64,000 nucleotides of DNA from Candidatus Helarchaeota archaeon (lineage in GTDB: Archaea; Asgardarchaeota; Lokiarchaeia; Helarchaeales; RDOG01). Positions within the stretch are counted from its first letter, which is position 1. Every line of letters begins with the position of its first letter. The translations under genes and the position numbers were made by a program. The notes under the pieces were generated by a model. The model did no database searches. It had not been told where the DNA came from and saw nothing but the letters and a program-made list of their open reading frames with translations. Positions 1 through 10,768 of this stretch are shown piece by piece. The stretch is from contig JAHPZH010000003.1 of the NCBI GenBank assembly GCA_019058315.1, forward strand, positions 364,451 through 428,450. The letters are read 5' to 3'.

Positions 1-561
1 AGCTTTCTTTTCAGATGCGAAAGCAATATATTTAGGACTGGCATAAAGGTGTAATGGTTTAATTCCTATTAAATCGCGAAAGAGAAAGATTTTATCTTTA
101 ATAAAGAGTGCCCCTGCATACATTCCTTCTATTTGGTTAAGAGTTTTTTTAAGAATTTCAGTTATTTCAAGATTCCTCTTTTCTAGTTCTTCTATTAAGT
201 GAAGAATCATTCCTGAATTTTTAATATTTTCCTTATGTGGCTCTTTTAACTCTTTTAATAATTGTGAATTATTAAAAATCCTCCCATCTAGTAATAAAGA
301 ATTCTTTTCATTACAATCTGTATAGGGTATTGTTTCGTTTTTTTTGTCTAATATTAAATGTCTTCCAACAATCCCAAATGAAGTCCTATTACTTAGAATC
401 TCTTTCGGATTATTATAATTTATCGATTTCCAACCATTAAAATCTTTCGTGAAAAGAGAAAATTCAGAATTTCCTCTGTGACGTAATTTATAACTCATTT
501 TATACAATAGTTCAGAAATATCACTTTGGTCTTTTGATAAGATTCCTGTAATTAGTCCCAT
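1..561 (-). CDS. Asparagine synthetase-like protein, N-terminal Ntn/GATase domain (partial, runs off window start)
   Basis: Manual translation from ATG 561: MGLITGILSKD..KLRHRG..LDGRIFN..FRDLIGIKPL..AFASEKKA; AsnB N-terminal motifs, but no Cys2. Not in ORF track. Confidence 0.75.
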   Translation of the reverse strand, partial: MGLITGILSKDQSDISELLYKMSYKLRHRGNSEFSLFTKDFNGWKSINYNNPKEILSNRTSFGIVGRHLILDKKNETIPYTDCNEKNSLLLDGRIFNNSQLLKELKEPHKENIKNSGMILHLIEELEKRNLEITEILKKTLNQIEGMYAGALFIKDKIFLFRDLIGIKPLHLYASPKYIAFASEKKA

Positions 562-692
562 CAGTCTCAATAAACCTAATTCTTTTTATTAATATCTATA
601 ATTTATTATGATTTGTAGACATTTTTATATAAGAGTTACAAATTGAATTATTACAAAACTTTATAATTCATACTATGATTTATTAATAGCAA

Positions 693-2237
693 ATGTCTAG
701 AAAAAAACCAAATATTATTTTTTTGGTTAATGATCACCAAGCTTTTTACGGACATGGTGAAATGGCTGGTGGTCCAAAGATTCAGCGTCCAAATTATGAA
801 AGATTAGCTAAGGGAGGAGCGGAATTTCTCCGTACTTATACTTCTTGTCCTTTATGTTGCCCTTCTAGACGTAGTATGCTTACGGGATTGTTTCCCCATA
901 ATCATGGAGAAATAAAAAATCTTACTTATCATCCCTTTGACAAAATTACATATTTAGAAATTCTCTCTAAAAATGGTTATAAAAACTATTTTTATGGTAA
1001 ATGGCATGCAGGACCTGGAACTGCGTATGATCATAAATGTGAGGGTTTCAATTATCGAGGTTATGGAAATCCGTATACAAAACCAGAATATAAAAAATAT
1101 TTAAAAAAATATAATCTGCCCCCTTTTCAAGTTCATATTGAGCGTATTTTTTATAAACCAAATGGATTTATTGCGAGATTATATGGCATAAAAGTAAATA
1201 AGCCTTTTAGGCCAAAGAGAAGATGGAATAATGAACATGCAATGGGAATAATGAAAACACCAAAAGAAACGCATGAGTCATTCTTTTTAGCAAAAATAGC
1301 TTGTGAAAAACTTAGAGAATTAGTTAATTCAGGAAATCAAAAGCCATTCCATTTAAGAGTGGATTTTTGGGGACCTCATCAGCCTTATTATATCACCCCA
1401 GAATTTTTAGATATGTATGAAGCCTCAAAAATTCCTGAATACCCCAGTTTTAACGAAAATTTAAGACATAAACCAAAAATCTACAAAACGGAATTTAATT
1501 ATCCATTAAATAAAAAACACGAATTAATCTATCCAAATCCTTTACCATGGTCTGAATGGCAGAAAATATTAGTGTTTAATTATGCTCACCAAACCATGAT
1601 AGATCAAGCAGGAGGGCTCATTCTCGACGCTCTAGATGAACTTGATTTAACAGATAATACATTAGTAATGTGGACTGCGGATCATGGTGATGCCATCGCA
1701 TCGCATGGAGGACATTTTGATAAGCATAGTTATATGCCTGAAGAAGTTATACGTATTCCTTTAGCAATAAGATATCCAGTTGAAATTCCACCTGGTCAAA
1801 AAATTGAAAATCTTGTTAGCAATATTGACTTTGCTCCGACTATTCTTGATGTAGCGGAAACTTCATTCGAAAAAAAAATTGATGGTCAAAGTTTAATACC
1901 TTTATGTTCTGGAAACGAAATAGATTGGCGTGATGATTTGATGATTGAAACCCATGGGCATCATTTTAGACTTCATATAGGTCGTTCGATTGTAACAAAA
2001 CGGTATAAATACATTTGGAATGATAGAGATATGGATGAATTATATGATTTGGATGAAGATCCTTATGAATTAAATAATCTAATTTATAAAAGTGAGTATT
2101 CTGAAATTCTGGGAAATATGAAAATGCGATTAGCAGACTGGCGACGTAAAGTGGGGGATTCTGTAAAAAGAGATATGATTAAGAAAAAAATGTTAGGTAT
2201 TACGCACCGTTTAAGAGCTAAAAATATCCCAAAATAA
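693..2237 (+). CDS. Formylglycine-type sulfatase
   Basis: KPNIIFLVND, CCPSRRSMLTG (CxPxR), GKWH, ADHG, ELYDLDEDPYELNN. Confidence 0.9.
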   Translation: MSRKKPNIIFLVNDHQAFYGHGEMAGGPKIQRPNYERLAKGGAEFLRTYTSCPLCCPSRRSMLTGLFPHNHGEIKNLTYHPFDKITYLEILSKNGYKNYFYGKWHAGPGTAYDHKCEGFNYRGYGNPYTKPEYKKYLKKYNLPPFQVHIERIFYKPNGFIARLYGIKVNKPFRPKRRWNNEHAMGIMKTPKETHESFFLAKIACEKLRELVNSGNQKPFHLRVDFWGPHQPYYITPEFLDMYEASKIPEYPSFNENLRHKPKIYKTEFNYPLNKKHELIYPNPLPWSEWQKILVFNYAHQTMIDQAGGLILDALDELDLTDNTLVMWTADHGDAIASHGGHFDKHSYMPEEVIRIPLAIRYPVEIPPGQKIENLVSNIDFAPTILDVAETSFEKKIDGQSLIPLCSGNEIDWRDDLMIETHGHHFRLHIGRSIVTKRYKYIWNDRDMDELYDLDEDPYELNNLIYKSEYSEILGNMKMRLADWRRKVGDSVKRDMIKKKMLGITHRLRAKNIPK

Positions 2238-2284
2238 CCTAATATAAATTTAAAATAAAAATTATAATTTTATAATTAAAATAC

Positions 2285-2518
2285 TCAATCTATATATCCA
2301 AGATTTCTTAATCTTTCTTTTACCTTTTCTTCCTCTTCCTTAGAAAAAGCTTCTTTTTCTTTTTCTTCCGCCTCGATTTGATAAATTATTTTTCTTAAAA
2401 TATAGGTTACATATTCAGAAATTGAATTAAAATCAGTCCCTTCCATTCGTTTTTTAATTTTTTCTGCTAGAGAATTAGGAATGGAGACATTTGTGTATTC
2501 TGATTCTTTCTCGGTCAA
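2285..2518 (-). CDS. CopG/ribbon-helix-helix protein
   Basis: TNVSIPNSLAEKIKK..SISEYVTYILR; C-terminal ERLRNLGYID. Confidence 0.8.
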   Translation of the reverse strand: MTEKESEYTNVSIPNSLAEKIKKRMEGTDFNSISEYVTYILRKIIYQIEAEEKEKEAFSKEEEEKVKERLRNLGYID

Positions 2519-2595
2519 TTAAAACTCACCGAAATATATTTTAATTATTCATTTAAAAAGATTTAGAATAAAATTGGGTAAGAAAAATAATTTAT

Positions 2596-4158
2596 TTATA
2601 TATCGATTTTAATTTCTGCAATTGCATTTAATATCTTCTTTTTCTCGGAAATATCAACAAGGTTTATTTCATCGGATTCTTTAATATGATTGATTACTTT
2701 TTTCCTAAATTTTCTAATTAATTTCGGAAATTTTTTGTTAAGATTTACCTTTTCCTTCGGATCTTTTTCTAAATCATACAACTCTTCTAATTTTGATTCT
2801 TCATCAATAATATATTTCCATTTTTTCGTCCGATATGAAATAATTCGCATTATTCTAGGATCGCTGTTTTTAGCAAATCGAGTAATTTTATTTTTATGAT
2901 ATGATTCACTAAAAACTCCATCTTCTATTGGATCATCGATATATTTTTCATCTGAAAAAATTAGATGTGTAAAACTTTTACCATTAAAACTTGATTCTGG
3001 AGGTAAACCCAATAAGTCCAATATTGTTGGCGCTAAGTCTAGCATATTTATTAAATTAGTTCTAAAGTTAATTTTGGAATAATTTTTTGGGAATTTCCTA
3101 GTTTTATCTTTTTTTACTTTTTTAAGTGGTTCAGGAACAATTATAAGAGGAACTTTAAGTAACTCATCATATAATTGAGCATTATGACCATACATTCCAT
3201 GCTCATTGAATTCTTCCCCATGATCTGCAGTAATAATAACCAGAGTATTTTTTAAAGTTTCTCTTTTCTTATATTTTAATTTTCTGAAAAATTTTCTCAT
3301 CATAGCATTTAAATATCTTATTTCTGCATCATAGAGATTTAATAATTTTTGCCTTTTGTTATATTCTCTTAAAATATGCATATACTCAGGATGATCACGT
3401 ATATATTCAATTTCAGTATATGATAATCTCTTTGCTTTTATTTTTCTTAAATATCGATTATAAGGAAAATATGGGTCATGTGGCTCCATTAAATGTACCC
3501 AAAGAAAAAATGGCTTTTTTTCAGCTTTTTGTTTATATTTCTTTATCCATTTATAAGCCATTGTTAGGAGTTTTTTAGCCTTTTCATAATATTTTTTTCT
3601 ACCTACAATTTTAGTATAAAAAGCAACTTGAAAATAATAAAGGAATTTTTTTGGTATTTTGATACTTTGAATCCAATTCATGAAATCATTTAAAAAATCT
3701 CCTTTAGTCAAAAAGCTACTGAATAAAGATTTTTTAAGCGTACTGTCATCTTTTGAAAACATACCATCGTAAAAGATGTCGAACCCTCTATCATATCCGT
3801 AGAATCTTGATAAAAGTGGTGTGGAATGGATTGCAACAGTTTTATAACCATTAGCTCTCATAACTTCTGCTAGAGTTGTTTTATTATAAGGTAATGGTAA
3901 ATAACCATCTTGATGAAATGGGTATGTTGATGTAAATATAGATGAAAATGATGGAGGCGTACAAGGACCATTTACTATTGTATTTGTAAAAAAATAACCT
4001 TTTTTAGCAACTTTATCTATGAATGGAGTGGTTTTTTTCTTATATCCTGTTATGCTTAAGTGATCTAATCTTAGTGCATCGATGGTGATTAACAGTAAAT
4101 TCTTTTTAACTGTCTTTAGTTTACTTCTCATACGTTTAAAGCCCCTAGGCTTTTGCAA
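2596..4158 (-). CDS. Sulfatase-like alkaline-phosphatase-superfamily hydrolase
   Basis: LLITIDALRLDH, CTPPSFSSIFTS (no CxPxR), HLMEPHDPY, ADHGEEF, ELYDLEKDPKE. Confidence 0.85.
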   Translation of the reverse strand: MQKPRGFKRMRSKLKTVKKNLLLITIDALRLDHLSITGYKKKTTPFIDKVAKKGYFFTNTIVNGPCTPPSFSSIFTSTYPFHQDGYLPLPYNKTTLAEVMRANGYKTVAIHSTPLLSRFYGYDRGFDIFYDGMFSKDDSTLKKSLFSSFLTKGDFLNDFMNWIQSIKIPKKFLYYFQVAFYTKIVGRKKYYEKAKKLLTMAYKWIKKYKQKAEKKPFFLWVHLMEPHDPYFPYNRYLRKIKAKRLSYTEIEYIRDHPEYMHILREYNKRQKLLNLYDAEIRYLNAMMRKFFRKLKYKKRETLKNTLVIITADHGEEFNEHGMYGHNAQLYDELLKVPLIIVPEPLKKVKKDKTRKFPKNYSKINFRTNLINMLDLAPTILDLLGLPPESSFNGKSFTHLIFSDEKYIDDPIEDGVFSESYHKNKITRFAKNSDPRIMRIISYRTKKWKYIIDEESKLEELYDLEKDPKEKVNLNKKFPKLIRKFRKKVINHIKESDEINLVDISEKKKILNAIAEIKIDI

Positions 4159-4274
4159 ATTAACCCAGAAAATTAACTTAAAGCTTTTTTAGTTAATTTT
4201 CAGTTTCTAGAGAAATTATTGATATTACTCCATTTTGTTTGAAATAAAAGTAATAAAAATTAAGAACTCTTAAA

Positions 4275-4694
4275 CTAATGTGTAGGCCTAGTTATATTAG
4301 GGAATGCATTATATATAAAATCAACTGGTTCTTTTGTTGGTGTCCCGGGTCCATAGACCCCTTTGACTCCAATTTCTTTCAATTTTTTAATATCATCTGG
4401 CAAGACAATAGTTCCACCAGCCAAGATCATTACAGTTCCAATTCCATTTTCTTTAGCTAATTCTACTACTTTAGGAACTAACGTCATATGTGCACCGGAT
4501 AATATTGATAAACCGATAACATCAGCATCTTCTTGAATAGCAGTTTCAACAATTTGTTCGGGAGTTTGGTGCAGTCCAGTATAAATAACTTCCATTCCAG
4601 CATCTCTTAAAGCCATGCACACTACCTTTGCTCCTCTATCATGCCCATCTAATCCCGGTTTTGCCATTAGGAATCGAATTCTCTTTTTTTCCAT
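4275..4694 (-). CDS. Cobalamin-binding small subunit of acyl-CoA mutase (IcmB/McmB-like)
   Basis: [11 protein letters not shown] (DxHxxG), [10 protein letters not shown]; divergent from the large subunit gene. Confidence 0.92.
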   Translation of the reverse strand: MEKKRIRFLMAKPGLDGHDRGAKVVCMALRDAGMEVIYTGLHQTPEQIVETAIQEDADVIGLSILSGAHMTLVPKVVELAKENGIGTVMILAGGTIVLPDDIKKLKEIGVKGVYGPGTPTKEPVDFIYNAFPNITRPTH

Positions 4695-4846
4695 TTTCTT
4701 GACCTACCAACTTTTTAAATCTTTTTCAATTTTTCAAGCTTAAATAATTTATTATTCAGTGATAAATAATAAATATCTAACAAAGAATCTTTATTAAATT
4801 TTTATTATCATTTAATATAGTAATAAAATACTTTTTACGAAAGGTT

Positions 4847-6517
4847 TTGAAAATATTGGAAGAGTCTAAGAAGAAATGGGAAGAAAATACCCTAAAAAAT
4901 ATATTAAATCAGAAACCAGAGCGATATGAAAGTTTTGAATCACTTTCAGACATTGAGATTGATCGTATATATTTGCCCACTAAAGAATCTGATGAAATTT
5001 ATTTAGATAAATTAGGGCTTCCAGGTGAATTTCCATTCACTCGTGGTGTTTATCCTACAATGTATAGAGGACGTTTATGGACAATGCGCCAATTTGCAGG
5101 ATTTGGTACTAGTATTGACACAAATAAACGCTTTAAATATCTATTGGCAAATGGTCAAACTGGTTTATCTGTAGCATTTGATTTCCCGACCCTTTATGGT
5201 TATGATTCAGATCATCAAATGTCATTAGGAGAAGTGGGGCGTTGTGGAGTGGCAATTTCATCCTTGGCAGATATGGAAACCTTGTTTGATGGAATCCCCT
5301 TGGATAAAGTAAGTACAAGCATGACAATTAATGGTCCCGCAGCTGTTGTATGGGCATTTTATATTGCAGCTGCAGAAAATCAAGGAGTGGATAAACGCAA
5401 ACTCCGTGGGACTATACAAAATGACATATTAAAAGAATATATTGCCCAAAAATCTTGGATTTTTCCACCCGAACCTTCAATGAGATTAATTATTGATACT
5501 TTCGAATTTGGTTCAAAAGAACTTCCAAAATGGAATACAATTTCTATTTCAGGATACCATATTCGTGAGGCGGGTTCTACAGCAGTTCAAGAATTAGCTT
5601 TTACATTAGCTGATGGTCTTTGTTATGTGGATGCTGCAATAAAGCGTGGCTTAGATATTGATTCATTTGCTCCTAGATTAAGTTTCTTTTTCAACGCTCA
5701 TAATTATTTCTTTGAGGAAGTAGCTAAATATCGTGCTGCTCGCAGAATATGGGCAAAAGAAATGAAAAAACGTGGCGCTGAAAGCCCAAGATCCATGATG
5801 TTAAGATTCCACACTCAAACAGCAGGAGTTTCATTACTAGCACAACAACCTGAAAATAATATTATGCGAACAACCTTACAAGCATTAGCTGCTATTTTAG
5901 GTGGTACTCAATCACTTCATACAAACTCATTTGATGAAACTTTAGCACTTCCAACAGAAAATGCGGTCAGATTAGCTTTAAGAACTCAACAGATAATAGC
6001 TCACGAAAGCGGTGTAACTGATACAATAGATCCATTGGGTGGTTCTTTTTTTATTGAGCAATTAACAGATAAAATGGAAGAAGACACGTATTCTTATTTC
6101 AATAAAATTGAAAAACTAGGTGGTGTTATTCCAGCTATACATAAAGGTTTCTTTCAACGAGAAATAGCCAGAGCTGCTTATAAATATCAAAGACAAGTTG
6201 AACAAAAAAAACGGATTATCGTTGGATTAAATGACTACCGCGTTGAAGGTGATGATAAAATTAATATAGAATTATTGAAGATCGGGCCTGAAGTGGAAAA
6301 ATTACAGCACGAAAGGTTGAAAAAATTAAGGCAGACGAGAGATAATAAGGAAGTTAAAAGAACTCTAAAAGAAGTAGAAAATGCAGCTAAATCCGAAGAT
6401 ACGAATCTAATGCCATGCTTAATAGATGCAGCTCATGCATACGCAACTTTAGGCGAATTTAGAGAAGTTTTGGTTGGGGTCTTTGGAACTTATAAAGAAG
6501 CTACTGATTTATTTTAA
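4847..6517 (+). CDS. icmA: Acyl-CoA mutase large subunit, isobutyryl-CoA mutase type
   Basis: [18 protein letters not shown] (F rather than MCM Y), [12 protein letters not shown] (Q rather than MCM R), [19 protein letters not shown]. Confidence 0.8.
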   Translation: MKILEESKKKWEENTLKNILNQKPERYESFESLSDIEIDRIYLPTKESDEIYLDKLGLPGEFPFTRGVYPTMYRGRLWTMRQFAGFGTSIDTNKRFKYLLANGQTGLSVAFDFPTLYGYDSDHQMSLGEVGRCGVAISSLADMETLFDGIPLDKVSTSMTINGPAAVVWAFYIAAAENQGVDKRKLRGTIQNDILKEYIAQKSWIFPPEPSMRLIIDTFEFGSKELPKWNTISISGYHIREAGSTAVQELAFTLADGLCYVDAAIKRGLDIDSFAPRLSFFFNAHNYFFEEVAKYRAARRIWAKEMKKRGAESPRSMMLRFHTQTAGVSLLAQQPENNIMRTTLQALAAILGGTQSLHTNSFDETLALPTENAVRLALRTQQIIAHESGVTDTIDPLGGSFFIEQLTDKMEEDTYSYFNKIEKLGGVIPAIHKGFFQREIARAAYKYQRQVEQKKRIIVGLNDYRVEGDDKINIELLKIGPEVEKLQHERLKKLRQTRDNKEVKRTLKEVENAAKSEDTNLMPCLIDAAHAYATLGEFREVLVGVFGTYKEATDLF

Positions 6518-6608
6518 AACAAATATTTTATTTACTTTTTGATTATTGGATTATATAAGAAAAAATTTTTTAGTGTTTAGATACTCTTTATTAATTAGTG
6601 AAGCATTA

Positions 6609-7604
6609 ATGAGCATGCAACAAACTGAATTAGTAAAAAATGTTCAAAATACGTTAGTTAGTTCGGGGTATATCACTTCTAAAGGTTTTAAAAGTAGAAG
6701 TAGCTGTTTTGATTTAACTGCAAGAAAAGAGCGATTATTATTTATTAAATGCTTATTAAATGTTGATAATTTTAAGCAAAGCCAGAAAAGTGAATTGAAA
6801 CTTATTTCCAATATGTTTACTGGCTCACCCATCTTGATTGGAGAGCGTAATAAACATAAGGAAATGGAAAATGGTGTAGTATATAATAAAAGTGGTATAC
6901 CAACTTTAAGTTTTAGTACATTTCAAGATCTCGTCCTTAATGATATTATCCCATATATTTATGCTCGAAGAGGAGGATTTTTTGTAAAAATTGACGAATC
7001 TACTTTTGAAAGTGAACGTTCAGAACTTGACTTTTCTTTATCTGATTTAGCTGAAAAAGTAGGTGTTTCAAGAAAAACTATTTACTCATACGAACACGGG
7101 AAAATGGATGCGTCTTTAAAAATTTATAAGAAACTCAAAAAGTTCTTTACAAATCAAATTCAAAAACCTATTGAAATATACACTTGGGAATTGGAAGTAG
7201 AGGAAGATTATATAAATGAACTTAAAGACAAATTAGATAACCTTCGGAATGATATTAACGAAATATTTATGGATTTAGGTTTAGAGGCGATTTGGCCAAA
7301 AAAAGCACTTTTTGATGCCATAACAACAGAGGATGAAGAATCAAAAGAAGAAGTCTCTACTAGTTCTAAAGATATTAAAATTATTACCGGGCTTGGTTCT
7401 AAAGAAGAAAAAACAAAGGTTATTTATCAAAAAATCCAGCAGATTGAAAGCATCTCACAAGTCATACCATCTCCTAATTTATTTATTACTGAAGATAAAA
7501 GAAATCTACCAGGTGTAATAAAAGTTCCTATTATAGAGAAAAAGAAATTAGAAAAATTAGGAAAAGCCGATTTATTTAAAAAAATTAGTAAATTACTTAA
7601 TTAA
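6609..7604 (+). CDS. Archaeal Cro/C1-type HTH transcription regulator (COG1395-like)
   Basis: FDLTARK..LFIKCLLNVD, ARRGGFFVKID, SLSDLAEKVGVSRKTIYSYEHG; ATG 6609 preferred over TTG 6546. Confidence 0.8.
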   Translation: MSMQQTELVKNVQNTLVSSGYITSKGFKSRSSCFDLTARKERLLFIKCLLNVDNFKQSQKSELKLISNMFTGSPILIGERNKHKEMENGVVYNKSGIPTLSFSTFQDLVLNDIIPYIYARRGGFFVKIDESTFESERSELDFSLSDLAEKVGVSRKTIYSYEHGKMDASLKIYKKLKKFFTNQIQKPIEIYTWELEVEEDYINELKDKLDNLRNDINEIFMDLGLEAIWPKKALFDAITTEDEESKEEVSTSSKDIKIITGLGSKEEKTKVIYQKIQQIESISQVIPSPNLFITEDKRNLPGVIKVPIIEKKKLEKLGKADLFKKISKLLN

Positions 7605-7698
7605 TTCCTCATTTTTATGATTATAGCCTTATTTTTATAAGGATAATTCCGTATTTTTTAATATTAAATAATTTAGATTAGTTTTAAGGTGTTTTTTA

Positions 7699-8841
7699 AT
7701 GGCAGATGATATTTACGATTTAATTAGAAGAAATATGAACAAAACTTGGCCTTTACAGCTCCCAAAACATAAAACAGTTATAGATTTTTTAAAAATAATA
7801 ATCCCAACCGAAGAAGAAGCCAAGATTTTATCGATTTTTAAAGAACCTATGGTAGAAATAAAAAGTGTAAAGAAAATTTCAAAACTTACAGGAATTGCAC
7901 TTGATAAGGTTACTGAAATCTGTGAAAAAATGGCTGAAAAGGGAACCATTTTAAAAACAGGAAAAAGCTATGCACTCCTTCCAATAATGCCTGGATTATT
8001 TGAATTTTACTTTGTCAGTAGAAAAGATTCGGAGGAAAATTTAAAAAAAGCATCAAAAAAATTTCATGAATTATTAGATAAAGGACTTTTAGATGAATGG
8101 TACAACTCAGAATATCCTTTTTTTAGAACTTTGCCATCTTCAAGTATTCAACAAAAAGCAAAAAAAATAGATGTCAATAAATCTATCGACGTTAAACATG
8201 AAGTTTTAGTTTATGAGGATGTCGAATCCTATATAAATATGGCAAGTAGCATCACTATCGTTAATTGCGCTTGCCGAACGACCTCATCCTATATAGGAGA
8301 TGTATGTGAGAAACCTGCTGATTATAATATTTGTATGGCTTTAAATATAGCAAGCGAAGCTTTAAAATCATATGGATTAGGGAAAAGTGTTTCTAAAGAA
8401 GAAGCTTTGGATATCTTAAAAAAAGCTGAGGAATATGGACTGGTTCACACTATTATTAATTCATCTGGACAAGATTCAATGATGTTGATTTGTAATTGTT
8501 GCACTTGCCATTGCGGAGTATTACGTGGTCTAACGGATTTCAATAATCCAAGAGCATTTGCAAGGTCTAATTATAGACCTGAAATTAATCAGGAGATTTG
8601 TAAAAAATGCGAAAAATGTATGAAGATTTGTCCAATGAAAGCAATTTGGCACCATTGGCCTCATGAAGAAGATCTTGAAGATAATTTTATGGTAATTAAA
8701 GAAAATATGTGTATTGGTTGCGGTTTGTGTGCCCAGCACTGTCCAAATGATGCAATTACCATGAATAAAATATATAATGATGTTCCAGAAGCAACTCTTC
8801 CTGGCGTTTTTCGAAAAATTGAAGAAACAAAGAAACATTAA
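7699..8841 (+). CDS. 4Fe-4S dicluster ferredoxin-domain protein with N-terminal wHTH-like region
   Basis: CACR, ICNCCTCHC, CKKCEKCMKICP, CIGCGLCAQHCP. Confidence 0.8.
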   Translation: MADDIYDLIRRNMNKTWPLQLPKHKTVIDFLKIIIPTEEEAKILSIFKEPMVEIKSVKKISKLTGIALDKVTEICEKMAEKGTILKTGKSYALLPIMPGLFEFYFVSRKDSEENLKKASKKFHELLDKGLLDEWYNSEYPFFRTLPSSSIQQKAKKIDVNKSIDVKHEVLVYEDVESYINMASSITIVNCACRTTSSYIGDVCEKPADYNICMALNIASEALKSYGLGKSVSKEEALDILKKAEEYGLVHTIINSSGQDSMMLICNCCTCHCGVLRGLTDFNNPRAFARSNYRPEINQEICKKCEKCMKICPMKAIWHHWPHEEDLEDNFMVIKENMCIGCGLCAQHCPNDAITMNKIYNDVPEATLPGVFRKIEETKKH

Positions 8842-8872
8842 TTTTTTTCTTTACTATTGACTGGGAGAATTT

Positions 8873-9394
8873 TTGGAAAAAAATATTTTAATCACAGGAA
8901 AACCAAGAACTGGAAAATCTACACTTATATCTAGATTAATCAAATTATTAGAATCCAAAGGGAAAAAAATTGGGGGATTATCAACTCCTGAAATCAAAGA
9001 GAAATCACGATTAGGATTTAAAATTATAGATATAGGTTTAAAAAAAGAAGGGATACTAGCACATCTTAACCAAAAAAGCGGACCACGAGTCTCTAAATAT
9101 CGAGTTAATATGAACGATCTTAAAGAAATTGGTGTAAATGCAATAAAATATGCAATTGCTAATTGTGATTTTATCATAATTGATGAAATTGGGAAAATGG
9201 AGCTATTTTCTAAAGATTTCTGTGATGAAATATTAAATGCTCTGGATACCAAAAAAGTATTGGGGACTATTGGGTTTAAACTCTCACATCCTTTAGCTAA
9301 CCAGATAAAAAGTCGTGAAGATGTTGAATTAATAAAGTTGACTATTGAAAATCGTGACAATATATTAAAATATTTAGAAAATAAACTCACTTAA
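8873..9394 (+). CDS. Nucleoside-triphosphatase (THEP1/COG1618)
   Basis: ITGKPRTGKST, GPRVSKYRV, IIIDEIGKMELFS. Confidence 0.9.
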   Translation: MEKNILITGKPRTGKSTLISRLIKLLESKGKKIGGLSTPEIKEKSRLGFKIIDIGLKKEGILAHLNQKSGPRVSKYRVNMNDLKEIGVNAIKYAIANCDFIIIDEIGKMELFSKDFCDEILNALDTKKVLGTIGFKLSHPLANQIKSREDVELIKLTIENRDNILKYLENKLT

Positions 9395-9427
9395 AAGAAT
9401 AAGTTTATCCTTTACATTATTTCTAAT

Positions 9428-10654
9428 TTATCTTGGCTGCAATTTCTTTATGATTTGTGTAATTTTCTCCCGAGTTGCGTTAGTTCTTATTGCGCTTTGA
9501 GAGAAATGTGTTCTATTGACTGAAAATTTTTCTTGCCTTAAACTTTTTATGATATTTTCAAACGGTGGAATAATAAAATTTTCTTTCTTACATATTTTAG
9601 GAATTTCATGATAGGTGATTATTTCATGATCCTCATTAATTATAAGTTGGATTATTTTCTCAATTCTATTTTTAGTTTTTAATTCTAGATCATCAAGATT
9701 TTTTAACATTTCTTGGCAAAACTCTTTATCGGCATAGTCTCCAAGCCATAATGGACCAGCAAATTTTAGCTTATTTCCACAATTTATGCATTTATTTGAA
9801 ATTTCAGGAATATATCCTTTGAAAGAAACTCGATTTCCACATTTAAAACAATGGCCAATATAGCCAATTTCTGTTAAAATCTGATTGGCTAATAGAATTC
9901 CATGTATTAATTTAACAAATACTTGTATATAATGGTTCGAACTATGGGAAAATAAGATTTTTGCTGCATGATTATATTTTGCAGCTTCTCGGACAATATA
10001 ACCTATTAAAATTCTTAAGGCAATTTCATGTGAATATTCAGTTTTTAAAGGTACACTTCCATAGTTTCTCACACATGCTTGTATATTATTTCTAATGCCT
10101 ACAAGAGGTGGCATATCAGTTGCAGTACAAGAAATTAGTCCATCCCCTCTTATTGAAAATAAGGCAGAATTTAAGAATGGAACGGGAGTTCCAAAAGGAT
10201 CAATGTCTATTATATCAAATCTTTTAATTTTTTTAGCACATTCAATCAAAAAATTATTAGCATATCCGTTTGAAATATTTATATTATCTAATTTATTGTG
10301 ATCAACACTTTTTTCTATCAATGCTATAGCTTTTTTACTTATATCATTTATATAAACCGTAATACCTTCTAATTCGTTTGCAACTCGTATTCCCATTGCT
10401 CCCGTGGCTGCTAAAGGTTCAGCAAATGTGATTTTTTGTAATTTCTTAGATTTGTAGGTTTTAATCGCTAAAATTGAAATGTCTCTCCTAAACTCCATAG
10501 TTGGATTAAAAAATACGGGTAATTTTGATGGAAGATATTCACTTATATCCATTTTATAGTAATCTAAATCAGGAATATAAAATGAAGTAGAACCTTCTTT
10601 ATGTAAGATTATTGGGAAATTCAAATGCTGCTCTGTTTCTTCAGTTTTTGACAA
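9428..10654 (-). CDS. trm1: tRNA (guanine26-N2)-dimethyltransferase
   Basis: PVFFNPTMEFRRDIS, IDIDPFGTP, TATD, CxxC..CxxC, AGPLWLG, RTHF. Confidence 0.92.
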   Translation of the reverse strand: MSKTEETEQHLNFPIILHKEGSTSFYIPDLDYYKMDISEYLPSKLPVFFNPTMEFRRDISILAIKTYKSKKLQKITFAEPLAATGAMGIRVANELEGITVYINDISKKAIALIEKSVDHNKLDNINISNGYANNFLIECAKKIKRFDIIDIDPFGTPVPFLNSALFSIRGDGLISCTATDMPPLVGIRNNIQACVRNYGSVPLKTEYSHEIALRILIGYIVREAAKYNHAAKILFSHSSNHYIQVFVKLIHGILLANQILTEIGYIGHCFKCGNRVSFKGYIPEISNKCINCGNKLKFAGPLWLGDYADKEFCQEMLKNLDDLELKTKNRIEKIIQLIINEDHEIITYHEIPKICKKENFIIPPFENIIKSLRQEKFSVNRTHFSQSAIRTNATREKITQIIKKLQPR

Positions 10655-10768
10655 GGATAATTAATTCTCCATAAACATTTTCGTTACTTATTAGAATAAG
10701 TTTCAAATGAATTTATTATGTTTTAATTTAATTATTAAATTGAAAATAGAAAAAAATGATCTGATTTT

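Noticed and set aside
8854-9390. 178-aa minus-strand ORF and the many other short ORFs overlapping confident genes (e.g. 17131, 30474, 33254, 50606, 56176, 58152)
   Set aside because: Antisense or alternate-frame shadows of well-supported genes, with no motifs.
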